DNA from: Sulfurovum sp.
GTDB taxonomy: Bacteria > Campylobacterota > Campylobacteria > Campylobacterales > Sulfurovaceae
DNA length: 48,887 bases
Assembly: GCA_026996325.1 (NCBI GenBank)
Contig: JALWLU010000079.1
Location: 1 to 48,887 of the forward strand
Reading direction: 5' to 3'
This document shows positions 35,655 to 45,186 of this stretch, one piece after another. Positions within the stretch are counted from its first letter, which is position 1; every line of letters starts with the position of its first letter. The position numbers and the translations under genes were made by a program. The notes under the pieces are model-generated. The model made no database searches. It worked only from the letters and a program-made list of their open reading frames with translations, and was not told the DNA's origin.

Positions 35655-37770
35655 ACATCTTTTCCTCTTTATTTTATGGTTCTATGGTACGGTGGTACTG
35701 TATGCTATGACAGAAGAGAAACGCAGTAATATCGAAGTCTCTGCGACACATGTCGAAGGAACGGGCACTACGATGCACGCAAGCGGCGGCGTGGTCGTCT
35801 ACTATCAGGACAGTGTCATTCATGCCGACAGGGCTGTGTATGAAAAAGAGAAACACCTGCTGACACTTGACGGTAACATTGAGATGATCGGTTACAGCGG
35901 CACCAAAGAGCATGCTTCGCATATGCAGATCGATACCGAAACGAACAGGGTACACTTCAAGGAGCTCTTCTTTACCAATGCCAACGATGTCTGGCTCTTG
36001 ACCAACGATGCGAACAAAACGGACGGAAACTATACCTTCGGAAGCAGCATACTCTCAAGCTGTGACATTGAAGATCCGCTCTGGAAAATGGCTTTCTCCG
36101 AAGCGACCTACGACAGTGCCGAAAAGTATATGAAGCTCTACAGTACCCGTGTCTATTTTGGAGATGTGCCGGTTTTCTATACACCCTATCTGGCCTTCTC
36201 TACGGATAACCGGAGAAAGTCGGGTCTGCTTTTCCCTTTGATGGGGTACAGCAATCAGGATGGATTCATCTACGAACAGCCAATCTATTGGGCGATCAAC
36301 GAGAGTATGGACCTTGAGTTCAATCCGCAGGTAAGGAGCAATCGGAGCCTGGGCATGTATGCAACATACCGATTCGCCGACTCTCCCCACTCGTCGGGCC
36401 AGCTCAGGCTTGGATACTTCAAGGACAAGCAGGCGTTTGTAGAAGAGTACGACCTGAGAAACGACACACATTATGGCCTAGAGTTTCTTTATGACTCTTC
36501 TGACTTTCTTGGAAAGTATCTTCCTGCAGAGTATACGGACGGGCTCTATGCAAATATTACGCTCTTGAACGATATCGACTACCTCAATCTCCAGCAGACT
36601 TCCCTGTCACACTTCGGGCAGGTTCCTCTGCAGGAATCCAGGCTCAACTACTTTCTTTACAACAACGACTGGTATGGCGGCCTCAATGCCAAGTACTTCA
36701 TTGACACCAGGCTGGAGAACAATGACAGAACCATTCAGACCCTACCGGCACTGCAGTTTCACAAGTTCCTTGATCGTCTCTTCATTGACAACCTGACCTA
36801 TTCACTGGATATGCAAACACGTAGACTCGACAGGAAAGAGGGTGCAACGCTCAACTCTGCGGAGTTTCGTATTCCCATTGAGTTTACAACCTCCTTTTTC
36901 GATGATTATCTGAGTCTCTCTCTCGGAGAGCAGCTCTACTATGGCCGTTTCTTTTTTGGTAATGTCCAGGAGCCTACCCCGGACTACTTTCAGTACTACA
37001 GCAATATACACACTGCGAAACTCTTTGCAGATTTGACAAAAGACTATGGCAGTTTTATCCATGTGCTGCAGCCCTCCATCGGATATATAAAACCTGGCTC
37101 CGAGAGCCAGAAGCCGCTGCCCTTCAAGGAGCTGATCGACAGCAACCAAGAGTTACAGGAGCTTTTTTCGGTAGGACTCCCAGAAGAGGAGGCCAGCTTT
37201 GCACTCAACCAGTATTTCTATGACGAGGATATGAGGCTGATTTTCTTTCAGCGTATCTCCCAGCGCTACTATCGCAACAGGGAGTATGAGTTTGCCGACT
37301 TGAACAACGAGATGCAGTACAACTGGGAGAACTGGAGCTTTTACAACAATCTTTACTATTCGTTCGAACAGAGTGCCATCCATGAGGCCTCCAGCAGGGT
37401 ATCTGTTCATGGTTCGGGGTATTACGTTTCACTTTCACATACATACAAAGAGAACTTTGAAGTTAGCCCCTACAAGGTTACTGCAAACGATTTCCTGTTC
37501 GATTTCCGCTACGATGTTGATGAGCGTATCTACTTCAACGGAGGTGTCAGCTACAGTCTGAGAGAGGATGAGAACGAAAACTTCTCAAATCTGAAGCTCT
37601 GGCGCTTTGGCGGAGGCTACAGGCGTGACTGCTGGAGTGTGACAGCGCAACTATCTGCCAATATTGTACCCCGTTCAACGGTACAGGGTTCTGAATATGT
37701 ACAGGAGTATAGTTTCGTGTTTCAGCTGAACTTCATTCCTTTCGCCAGCATCGGAACAGGCAGGCAGTGA
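35647..37770 (+). CDS. lptD: LPS-assembly protein LptD
   Basis: Signal peptide, SSC...PLWK, VPVFYTPY...RKSGLLFP, aromatic beta-barrel, RDCW. Confidence 0.9.
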   Translation: MSKHLFLFILWFYGTVVLYAMTEEKRSNIEVSATHVEGTGTTMHASGGVVVYYQDSVIHADRAVYEKEKHLLTLDGNIEMIGYSGTKEHASHMQIDTETNRVHFKELFFTNANDVWLLTNDANKTDGNYTFGSSILSSCDIEDPLWKMAFSEATYDSAEKYMKLYSTRVYFGDVPVFYTPYLAFSTDNRRKSGLLFPLMGYSNQDGFIYEQPIYWAINESMDLEFNPQVRSNRSLGMYATYRFADSPHSSGQLRLGYFKDKQAFVEEYDLRNDTHYGLEFLYDSSDFLGKYLPAEYTDGLYANITLLNDIDYLNLQQTSLSHFGQVPLQESRLNYFLYNNDWYGGLNAKYFIDTRLENNDRTIQTLPALQFHKFLDRLFIDNLTYSLDMQTRRLDRKEGATLNSAEFRIPIEFTTSFFDDYLSLSLGEQLYYGRFFFGNVQEPTPDYFQYYSNIHTAKLFADLTKDYGSFIHVLQPSIGYIKPGSESQKPLPFKELIDSNQELQELFSVGLPEEEASFALNQYFYDEDMRLIFFQRISQRYYRNREYEFADLNNEMQYNWENWSFYNNLYYSFEQSAIHEASSRVSVHGSGYYVSLSHTYKENFEVSPYKVTANDFLFDFRYDVDERIYFNGGVSYSLREDENENFSNLKLWRFGGGYRRDCWSVTAQLSANIVPRSTVQGSEYVQEYSFVFQLNFIPFASIGTGRQ

Positions 37771-38039
37771 TGGAGAGTCCGGTCGATATTATAGAAGAGG
37801 CACTCGAGGCCCTTGAGCTTCCAAAGTTCATTACCAAAGAGGACATCAAAAACCAGTACCGTTTTCTGGCCAAGAAGTATCATCCGGATGTAGGTGGTGA
37901 TGCGCAGAGGATGGAGCAGCTAAACCATGCCTATAAGCTTTTGATGAAGTATATAGAGGATTTTCGTTATACTTTTGATGAAGATGAGATCAACAGACAA
38001 TTCCCGGGAGTGGACCATGCACGACGATTCAAACCATGA
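37770..38039 (+). CDS. Small DnaJ-domain protein
   Basis: IKNQYRFLAKKYHPD...LNHAYKLL J-domain with HPD. Confidence 0.85.
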   Translation: MESPVDIIEEALEALELPKFITKEDIKNQYRFLAKKYHPDVGGDAQRMEQLNHAYKLLMKYIEDFRYTFDEDEINRQFPGVDHARRFKP

Positions 38040-38745
38040 CCGCTACTATTTCGAAGACAGAAAAGATGCCGCTACGCAGCTGATCGAGACACTTCCCCTG
38101 GAGCTGCTGCGTGAAAACGAGACGGTCGTTATCGGTGTCAGTGAGGGAGGGGTCTATTTTGCCGACCGGATCGCAAAGGCAACGGGTTCGCAGATGGATA
38201 TTCTGCTGACAGAGCCTATTGTGGCACCAAACAACCCGGAAACGGTAATAGCAATGATTTCGGAGACCGAAGAGGTGGTGATGCACAAGGCGCTGGTGGA
38301 TGCTTTCGATATCAATGAGGACTTTGTCTACAGTGAAGCGCAGCGCAAATATGATGAAGAGATTCTCAGCTACGTCTACCGCTACCGCAAAGGCAAAGAC
38401 CTGCTGCCGCTCAAGGGCAAGTATGTCGTTCTTGCCGACGAGTGTGTGGAAACAGGGCTTACAATGATGGCGGCACTGAAATCGGTTATCGCAAGAGAGG
38501 CGAAGAATATCTACATCGCCACACCGATTCTGGACAGGGCCGTGTATGAAAACCTTCTGACAGTCTGTGACGGTGTCTTCTGCCCTCATAAGATTCAGGA
38601 CTATATTTCGATAGAATACTACTATAAACACTTTTCGCCCCCAAGTTTTGACGAGATTCTCCATATTGTGGAGTCTTACGAAAAGTTTGAAAGAGCAGAC
38701 GAAGAGACAAAAGAACAAAGTAAAAGGAATAATACAGCATTATGA
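38017..38745 (+). CDS. Phosphoribosyltransferase-family protein
   Basis: FEDRKDA, VVLADECVETGLTM PRPP-loop-like motif. Confidence 0.8.
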   Translation: MHDDSNHDRYYFEDRKDAATQLIETLPLELLRENETVVIGVSEGGVYFADRIAKATGSQMDILLTEPIVAPNNPETVIAMISETEEVVMHKALVDAFDINEDFVYSEAQRKYDEEILSYVYRYRKGKDLLPLKGKYVVLADECVETGLTMMAALKSVIAREAKNIYIATPILDRAVYENLLTVCDGVFCPHKIQDYISIEYYYKHFSPPSFDEILHIVESYEKFERADEETKEQSKRNNTAL

Positions 38746-40931
38746 AAGAGACGATTATCAAAGTCAGCGTAAACAACCTCGAAGAGGTCTATGAGTGTAA
38801 CAAGATAGCAAAACAGGCAAGCGGTGCGGTCATGTACCGGCAGGGCAAGGCGGTACTGATCGCTGCCGTGGCAGTCGATGAGAAAGCGGTGGAGGAGAAC
38901 TTCCTTCCGCTGACGGTGCAGTACATTGAAAAAGCCTATGCAGCAGCGAAGATACCGGGAGGATTCATCAAGCGTGAGACAAAGCCCGGAGATTTCGAGA
39001 CACTGACATCGCGCATTATTGACCGTTCGATCCGTCCGCTTTTCCCTGACGGCTTCTTCTACCCGGTAAGTATCAGTGTCATGGTTGTCAGCAGCGACAG
39101 TGAGGTCGATATGCAGGTAGCAGCCCTCCATGCGGCATCCGCAGCGCTCTATCTTTCCGACATTCCTGTCAAACGGGCACTTGGTGCGGTGCGTATCGGA
39201 AAAATAGACGGTGAACTGGTCATCAACCCCTCACTCTCCAAACAGGATGAGAGTGTGCTTGATCTGCTTGTCGTGGGTTCGGGCAGAGATATTCTGATGA
39301 TCGAGATGCGTACGATGGCATCCGAAGTGATCGACGATATTGAAGTCGATCCTGTCGATCCTATGCTGGGAGCCGCACCGCTGATACTGGAGCATCAGGA
39401 GAGCAATGAGATAGACGAAGAGGCTCTCATCGAAGCGATCGGACTGGCGCAGGATGCCATTGAGGAGGCGAGCGGTGTATATGCGGTTGAACTTGAGCCT
39501 GTGGCAAGAGAGCCGATAGCGCTGGAACTCAGTGATGTCAAGATCGACGAAGCACTCTACGAGTACATTGCACAGCACTTTGCGGAGGCTGTCGAAGCGG
39601 CTGTCTCCCATATGGCAAAGTCTGAACGCTCTACCGAACTTAAAAAGGTGCGCAGTGCCGTACTTGAAGCGCTGGAGGCAGAAGGCAAAGAGGCTGACAA
39701 GGAGCTGGTTGGCAGAGTGCTTGAATCGTACAAGAAGAGTGTGGTTCGGAAGATGATCCTTGACAAGGGTATCCGTGCGGATGGACGGGCGCTCGATCAG
39801 GTACGTCCGATAGCGATCGAGACGAATATCCTGCCTTCCGTACATGGATCGTGCCTCTTTACCAGGGGACAGACGCAGGTGCTTGTGACAGCGACACTTG
39901 GAGACAAGAAAGATGCACAGATGTTCGAACTCATCACCGACAAGAGCAGCCAATCGGAAAACTTCATGGTCCACTACAACTTCCCGGGCTACTCGGTAGG
40001 CGAGGCGTCATACATCGGTGCACCGGGAAGACGCGAACTTGGACATGGAAACCTGGCAAAGCGTGCGCTTGAACCGACCATTCCTCTTAATTATGATGGA
40101 ACGATCAGACTGGTCTCCGAAGTACTCGAGAGTAACGGTTCCTCCTCCATGGCGACAATATGCGGCGGTTCACTTGCACTCCGCTCTGCCGAGGTGGAGA
40201 TGACATCGCTTGTTGCGGGTATCGCTATGGGTCTGATCCATGAGGGAGACCGGTATGCCATTCTCTCCGACATCATGGGGCTTGAAGACCATGACGGCGA
40301 TATGGACTTCAAGATCGCCGGGACACGCAAAGGGATCACTGCGCTGCAGATGGATATCAAGCTTGGAGGCATAGACCTGCATGTGCTTAAGGATGCGCTC
40401 GTGCAGGCGGGCAGAGGGAAAAACCATATTCTCGACTTGATGGAAGAGGCGGAGAAGAACATTGTCGAGAGTGAAGCGCTGCCTGCAACGGAGCACTTCA
40501 TGATCAACCCCAGCAAGATCGGTGACATCATCGGTAAGGCAGGAGCGACGATCCGTGATATCATCGAAAAGTTCGAAGTAAGTATTGACCTTGACAGGGA
40601 TGCCGGAGGGGTCAAAGTTTCCGGAAGCGACAAAGAGAAGGTCGCTGCGGCAAAAGAACACATCAGGAAGATCGCTGATGCTCCTGTACGAAAACAGACG
40701 ACTTACGAGGTTGGGAAGATGTACAAGGGAAGGGTCAAGCGCGTGGTTGACTTCGGTGTCTTTGTGGAGATGCCTGACGGTTTCGATGCGCTGCTGCATA
40801 TCTCAAAGGTGGCAAAAGAGCGTATCAATGATCTCTCCGAGCGCTACCATGAGGGCGACGAGATCGATGTGGTCGTGATGGAGCAGAAGGGCAAAAAGGT
40901 TGAGCTAGCCACGCCGGAGTACCTGGCGTAA
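38742..40931 (+). CDS. pnp: Polyribonucleotide nucleotidyltransferase
   Basis: IDRSIRPLFP, FTRGQTQ, RRELGHG, ESNGSSSMA, GDMDFK, KH and S1 domains. Confidence 0.98.
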   Translation: MKETIIKVSVNNLEEVYECNKIAKQASGAVMYRQGKAVLIAAVAVDEKAVEENFLPLTVQYIEKAYAAAKIPGGFIKRETKPGDFETLTSRIIDRSIRPLFPDGFFYPVSISVMVVSSDSEVDMQVAALHAASAALYLSDIPVKRALGAVRIGKIDGELVINPSLSKQDESVLDLLVVGSGRDILMIEMRTMASEVIDDIEVDPVDPMLGAAPLILEHQESNEIDEEALIEAIGLAQDAIEEASGVYAVELEPVAREPIALELSDVKIDEALYEYIAQHFAEAVEAAVSHMAKSERSTELKKVRSAVLEALEAEGKEADKELVGRVLESYKKSVVRKMILDKGIRADGRALDQVRPIAIETNILPSVHGSCLFTRGQTQVLVTATLGDKKDAQMFELITDKSSQSENFMVHYNFPGYSVGEASYIGAPGRRELGHGNLAKRALEPTIPLNYDGTIRLVSEVLESNGSSSMATICGGSLALRSAEVEMTSLVAGIAMGLIHEGDRYAILSDIMGLEDHDGDMDFKIAGTRKGITALQMDIKLGGIDLHVLKDALVQAGRGKNHILDLMEEAEKNIVESEALPATEHFMINPSKIGDIIGKAGATIRDIIEKFEVSIDLDRDAGGVKVSGSDKEKVAAAKEHIRKIADAPVRKQTTYEVGKMYKGRVKRVVDFGVFVEMPDGFDALLHISKVAKERINDLSERYHEGDEIDVVVMEQKGKKVELATPEYLA

Positions 40932-40958
40932 TAGAACAGAAGCACGAAAGGAGAAGCG

Positions 40959-42047
40959 ATGAACGGAACTTATATAGAAATGGCCCTTGCACTGCTTCTT
41001 CTTTTTGGTGCTCTATGGTATGCAAACCGGGAAAGGATTAAGGCGTTCTTTGAAAAAGAGCCTGAAAGGGAAGCGGGCAGGGAGCAGCAGCCCTCTTTGG
41101 TGTTGAGCACGGAAACCGTACCTTTGGAAAACAAGAAGGAGTCTCTGCCACAATGGACAGAGGAGGGACGGACAACAAAGAAAAAAACGCAGAAACCACA
41201 TATCTATACAAAACTCATCCCCGAATCTGAAAATATCGATCTTGACTGCTTTACCTACTTCAAGGGAATGCGTCTGCTGGTTGTCGAGGACAATCTGATA
41301 AACCAGAAGATCGTCCAGAACGTTCTGAAACATTCCGGTATTATCATAGACATTGCCAATAACGGTAAGGAGGCGCTGGAGTATCTCTTTACCGAACATA
41401 GAGACTATGACCTGATACTGATGGATATCAGCATGCCTGTGCTTGACGGGATCGAAACGACGAAGATGATCCGACGGGTGCATCAGCTTGACCATATTCC
41501 CATTGTCACCTTTACCGCATTCAGCCTTGGTCCTGAGATAGAGGCGATGTTCAAAGCGGGTGCGAACGCTTACCTGACCAAACCGCTCAATGTCAACCAG
41601 CTTTACACGGTCTTCACTCTTTTTGTGGGAAATGTCAACAGGGGCCTTTCGCTTGAGAAGATGCTCGAGATCCAGGGACTTGATGTTGTTGCGGGTCTGG
41701 AGCATGCAGAGGAGAATAAAGCACTTTACCTGGAGCGTCTGGATACCTTTGTGCACAAATATGCGCAGAGTGCCAAGCTGCTGCCGCAGTGGATTGAGCA
41801 GAAGCGCTATGAGCGTGTTACGCATGAGTGCAAGGAGCTGCTTTCGGACCTTACGGAGATCGGTGCCTTTGATATGAAGGCACTGGTGCATGAGATTCTG
41901 ATGCAGTTTGCCTACAAAAACGAGCATCTGCTGGGGCGCTATACGCTCCTCTATGAAGCGAAGATGCAGGCGCTGATTGAAACCATAAAAGTCTATCTTG
42001 ACAAAGAGATGCATAACGACTCCCCCACCCAAAGGAGCAAGATTTAG
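40959..42047 (+). CDS. Membrane-anchored response regulator with degenerate Hpt-like C-terminus
   Basis: N-terminal TM helix; LVVEDNLINQ...MDISMPVLDG...YLTKP; C-terminal LDVVAGL...EIGA helical bundle. Confidence 0.82.
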   Translation: MNGTYIEMALALLLLFGALWYANRERIKAFFEKEPEREAGREQQPSLVLSTETVPLENKKESLPQWTEEGRTTKKKTQKPHIYTKLIPESENIDLDCFTYFKGMRLLVVEDNLINQKIVQNVLKHSGIIIDIANNGKEALEYLFTEHRDYDLILMDISMPVLDGIETTKMIRRVHQLDHIPIVTFTAFSLGPEIEAMFKAGANAYLTKPLNVNQLYTVFTLFVGNVNRGLSLEKMLEIQGLDVVAGLEHAEENKALYLERLDTFVHKYAQSAKLLPQWIEQKRYERVTHECKELLSDLTEIGAFDMKALVHEILMQFAYKNEHLLGRYTLLYEAKMQALIETIKVYLDKEMHNDSPTQRSKI

Positions 42048-42217
42048 CGAAAATTAACGGTGCAGAGGATATAATTACGCCGTTTGTACAAAGTGACAAG
42101 TAGGGAAATCGGTTGCATTTATGTGCCGGTTGGCAGCCATAGGCTGTTTACGCTATCCGAACGGACTTTGGAAGACAGTCGAAGAGACTTAAAACCTACT
42201 AACTTAAAGGATATGAA

Positions 42218-42523
42218 ATGAAAAAGTTTTTCCTGCTTTTCCTGGCACTCGGTGCTGTTGCTTTCGCTGGTGAAGGCGAATCTATGATCAAAGCATACTC
42301 AGTAGTTGCTGCTGGTGTCGGTCTTGGTCTCGCTGCTCTTGGTGGTGCGATCGGTATGGGTCACACAGCTGCTGCGACAATTGCTGGTACAGCGAGAAAC
42401 CCAGGTCTCGGCGGTAAGCTGATGACTACAATGTTCATTGCTCTGGCGATGATCGAAGCACAGGTTATCTATACACTGGTAATCGCGCTGATCGCTCTCT
42501 ACGCTAACCCATTTATCGGGTAA
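42218..42523 (+). CDS. atpE: F0F1 ATP synthase subunit c
   Basis: GLGLAALGGAIGMG, ARNP loop, IEAQVIY; N-terminal extension typical of Campylobacterota. Confidence 0.97.
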   Translation: MKKFFLLFLALGAVAFAGEGESMIKAYSVVAAGVGLGLAALGGAIGMGHTAAATIAGTARNPGLGGKLMTTMFIALAMIEAQVIYTLVIALIALYANPFIG

Positions 42524-42540
42524 GTTAAGGAGACTTTAAG

Positions 42541-42572
42541 GTTGTGGCGGTATACTTCCGCTACAACTTTTT
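42541..42572 (+). terminator. Rho-independent terminator after atpE
   Basis: GTTGTGGCGG-TATACTT-CCGCTACAAC followed by TTTTT. Confidence 0.75.
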
Positions 42573-42620
42573 GTTAAGCCCTCATTTTAAAACTTCAGAT
42601 AGTTTCAGACTATCGAAAAT

Positions 42621-42705
42621 GCGTCAGTGGTGGAACGGTAGACACGCTACCTTGAGGGGGTAGTGCCCTAGTGGTGTGGAGGTTCAAATCCTCTCTGACG
42701 CACCA
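42621..42705 (+). tRNA. tRNA-Leu (GAG)
   Basis: Acceptor GCGTCAG/CTGACGC-ACCA, anticodon arm CTACC-TTGAGGG-GGTAG, long variable arm, GGTTCAAATCC T-arm. Confidence 0.96.
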
Positions 42706-43159
42706 TTCTTACAAAATTATCCAATCAACTTCATTCGCCAATTCAAATCACAAGTACAATTCACCTACAATCATGCAGAGATATCCTTGCTGAGTTCTTT
42801 GCCCAAAATAGACTTTGAACTTACTCGGTAAAAGGCTCGGGGAATTTTTATCTTTTGGACCAGGCATTGACTGTCATTCTCAAAAGTGATCCCAGGAGAG
42901 TGTTGATAAGTTTACATGGGTGCAGTCCCCCCCTTTTTTTCCGATGCTTTTGGCGTATTACGCTACTGTTTGACAGAGAGTATCCCGAAAGCTTAAAATG
43001 ACTTTTTCGTGACATTTCGGAAAGAAGACGACAAATCCTATGTTAAAAGCGCAAAAATGCTCTCAAAAGCCCATTTTATGGGAAGTTGCAGCTATCTTTT
43101 ATGAAATTTTAAGAATAGTTTGTGTTATAATAAACCATCTTAACAATAAAGGAAGAAGA

Positions 43160-43444
43160 ATGACAAAAGCAGAATTCGTAGAACTGGTTCAGAAAAACGG
43201 AGAGTATGAGAGCAAAGCAGCAGCGGAGAGAGCGGTAAAAGCGTTCATCGACTCTGTAACTGAAGCACTGACAAAAAAAGAGTCAGTTTCTCTGGTTGGT
43301 TTCGGAACCTTCTCTACAGCAGAAGTTGCAGCTAAAAGCGGTAAAGTACCTGGTACCGACAAGACTTATAGCAAGCCTGCGCACACTGCACCAAAATTCA
43401 AGTTTGGTAAAACACTCAAAGACGCTGTCGCAGCGGCTAAGTAA
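43160..43444 (+). CDS. hup: DNA-binding protein HU
   Basis: MTKAEFVE...VSLVGFGTF...PKFKFGKTLKDAV; AAGGAAG RBS. Confidence 0.95.
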   Translation: MTKAEFVELVQKNGEYESKAAAERAVKAFIDSVTEALTKKESVSLVGFGTFSTAEVAAKSGKVPGTDKTYSKPAHTAPKFKFGKTLKDAVAAAK

Positions 43445-43689
43445 TTGCCTCGAGGCTGCCTAAAGGCTGCCTCTCTTTCTATCCCCTTTTCCCCTTTCTG
43501 AAATATAATTATTTTTTCGTCATTCATACACATATTACGTGCTTTCTTTACACTGGAGCAGTTAGCCACCTGTGAAGTGACATAGATGACCGTTACAAGC
43601 ATAAAGATCAGCATGCTGCCGATGAATGTCGATACCAGGATGACATTGCGGTACTCTTTACACTTTTTCCAAAAATTACGCCACCACAT
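43366..43689 (-). CDS. Hypothetical small membrane protein
   Basis: AAGGAG RBS, basic N-terminus and one TM helix; 3' end overlaps hup antisense. Confidence 0.5.
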   Translation of the reverse strand: MWWRNFWKKCKEYRNVILVSTFIGSMLIFMLVTVIYVTSQVANCSSVKKARNMCMNDEKIIIFQKGEKGIEREAAFRQPRGNYLAAATASLSVLPNLNFGAVCAGLL

Positions 43690-43785
43690 TTTCCGCTCCT
43701 TCGCTTTTTTTTAAGTATAAATCGGTTATGTGGAATGTATGTGGAGTACAAAATGGTATAATGTCATCAAAAAAAGTGAGCTTCG

Positions 43786-44583
43786 ATGGATTTGATAGAG
43801 ACAATAGGTTTGGGTGTGGCGGGAAACTTCGCGCACCATCTCGAGCAGGCGGGAGAGCTGAAAGATTTTGAGAATGTTGTAACAGAGGCTCCGGAGGCCC
43901 CAAAGGGCATTTTCCCTTTTTATCTTCCCAGAAACGATGGGTTTTTGGGTATCTACCCTATCGGTACCGATACGCTTCAGCTTCCAGACTATGAGGCAAA
44001 TGCGCAGGTAGAGCCGGAGATCGCAGTACTGTTTGAGATCGTTTATGACGAGGCAATGCGTGTGAGCGAGCTTGTAGCCAAAAGATTTACCACCTTCAAC
44101 GACTGCACGATCCGTAAGGAGGGTGCTAAGAAGATTTCGGAAAAGAAATCCTGGGGTCCGAACTCAAAGGGGATCGGCGACAAGTGGATCGAAATAGACA
44201 AGTTCGAGGAGGGAGGGGTGATGGACCGCTACCGTCTCTGCTCCTATGTCAGACGTGAGGGTGTACTGCATCCGTATGGTGTGGATGCGCCGCTGCCTGG
44301 TTACAGCTACTTTTACGGAAAGCTCAAAAACTGGCTGATCGAAAAGATAATCAACCAAAAGGACTTCGGTCCGCTCGAGAACATTTACGAGCATCTCAAA
44401 GCGTGTGGGTACCCCAAAGAGGCGCTTATCTCCATCGGTGCGACCGCCTATGCCGAGTTTGGGGAGAAGAACTATCTGGAAAGTGGAGATGAGGTGTATG
44501 TGATCGCTTATGACGAAAGTCGTGAGAAGGGGGATCTGACCCCTTCTGAGAGCAAGGTGATATTACAGCAGAAAGTAGTGTGA
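43786..44583 (+). CDS. Conserved hypothetical protein (DUF5718-like, FAH-superfamily-like)
   Basis: GVAGNFAHHLEQAGE, QVEPE, FNDCTIR, KKSWG; TGGTATAAT upstream. Confidence 0.7.
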   Translation: MDLIETIGLGVAGNFAHHLEQAGELKDFENVVTEAPEAPKGIFPFYLPRNDGFLGIYPIGTDTLQLPDYEANAQVEPEIAVLFEIVYDEAMRVSELVAKRFTTFNDCTIRKEGAKKISEKKSWGPNSKGIGDKWIEIDKFEEGGVMDRYRLCSYVRREGVLHPYGVDAPLPGYSYFYGKLKNWLIEKIINQKDFGPLENIYEHLKACGYPKEALISIGATAYAEFGEKNYLESGDEVYVIAYDESREKGDLTPSESKVILQQKVV

Positions 44584-45102
44584 TTACCCGTCGATCTGCT
44601 GCTTTATCTCTGTGACGAATTCGGTGATATCGTCATGGAGAGCCTGCAGGTCCTCTTCGTGCTCCACTTCATCCGCAAGGATCTGAGAAACAAGATCGTA
44701 GGTGACAATGTCTTTGTTGTGTGTCGCTTCAGCGATCTGGGAATAGACACTGATGGCACACTGCTCCCCTTTGATGGCATCTTCAAGAATGTTAACCACA
44801 TTGTATGTTGTAGGGGCATCATAGCCGCAGTTGGTGTGGGTGAACCACGCTTCAGGATGCAACAGCGGTGTACCCCCAAGCTGGAGGATACGGTCGGCAA
44901 CCATGTTGGCGTGCCGAAGCTCGTCTGCAGCATGCTGGGTAAGTTCCGCAATAGCGGAATCTTTCATAATGCCTGTGATAACTTTTGCTTCGATGAAATA
45001 TTGGTAGTATGCCAGCCACTCATCTGCATACGCCCGATTGAGCATGGTGATGATCTCGTTGATCTCGATACCGTGTATGATCGAATTTCCTTTGCGTGCC
45101 AT
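44584..45102 (-). CDS. DPS-like (DPSL) ferritin-superfamily protein
   Basis: DEWLAYYQY, DELRH, RILQLGG, EQCAI, DEVEHEEDL di-iron ligands plus a Cys pair (TNCGY, EQCAI). Confidence 0.85.
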   Translation of the reverse strand: MARKGNSIIHGIEINEIITMLNRAYADEWLAYYQYFIEAKVITGIMKDSAIAELTQHAADELRHANMVADRILQLGGTPLLHPEAWFTHTNCGYDAPTTYNVVNILEDAIKGEQCAISVYSQIAEATHNKDIVTYDLVSQILADEVEHEEDLQALHDDITEFVTEIKQQIDG

Positions 45103-45186
45103 GGTAACTCCTTATAGATTATGTTTTAAAATAAGATGACATAATCTATAGTAGCAGAGTTATACTTAAAGGAAAATAATTATTAT

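Noticed and set aside
42218-42523. Na+-translocating c subunit
   Set aside because: Has IEAQVIY and Met at the helix-1 position, lacking the Q...E-S/T-T...Y Na+ signature; H+ coupling is more likely.
42706-43159. Genomic island at tRNA-Leu, or a 55-codon minus-strand ORF (about 42848-43015) containing A7/G7 tracts
   Set aside because: No integrase or duplicated tRNA 3' end was seen; the ORF has no clear RBS or recognisable motif, so phase variation cannot be supported.
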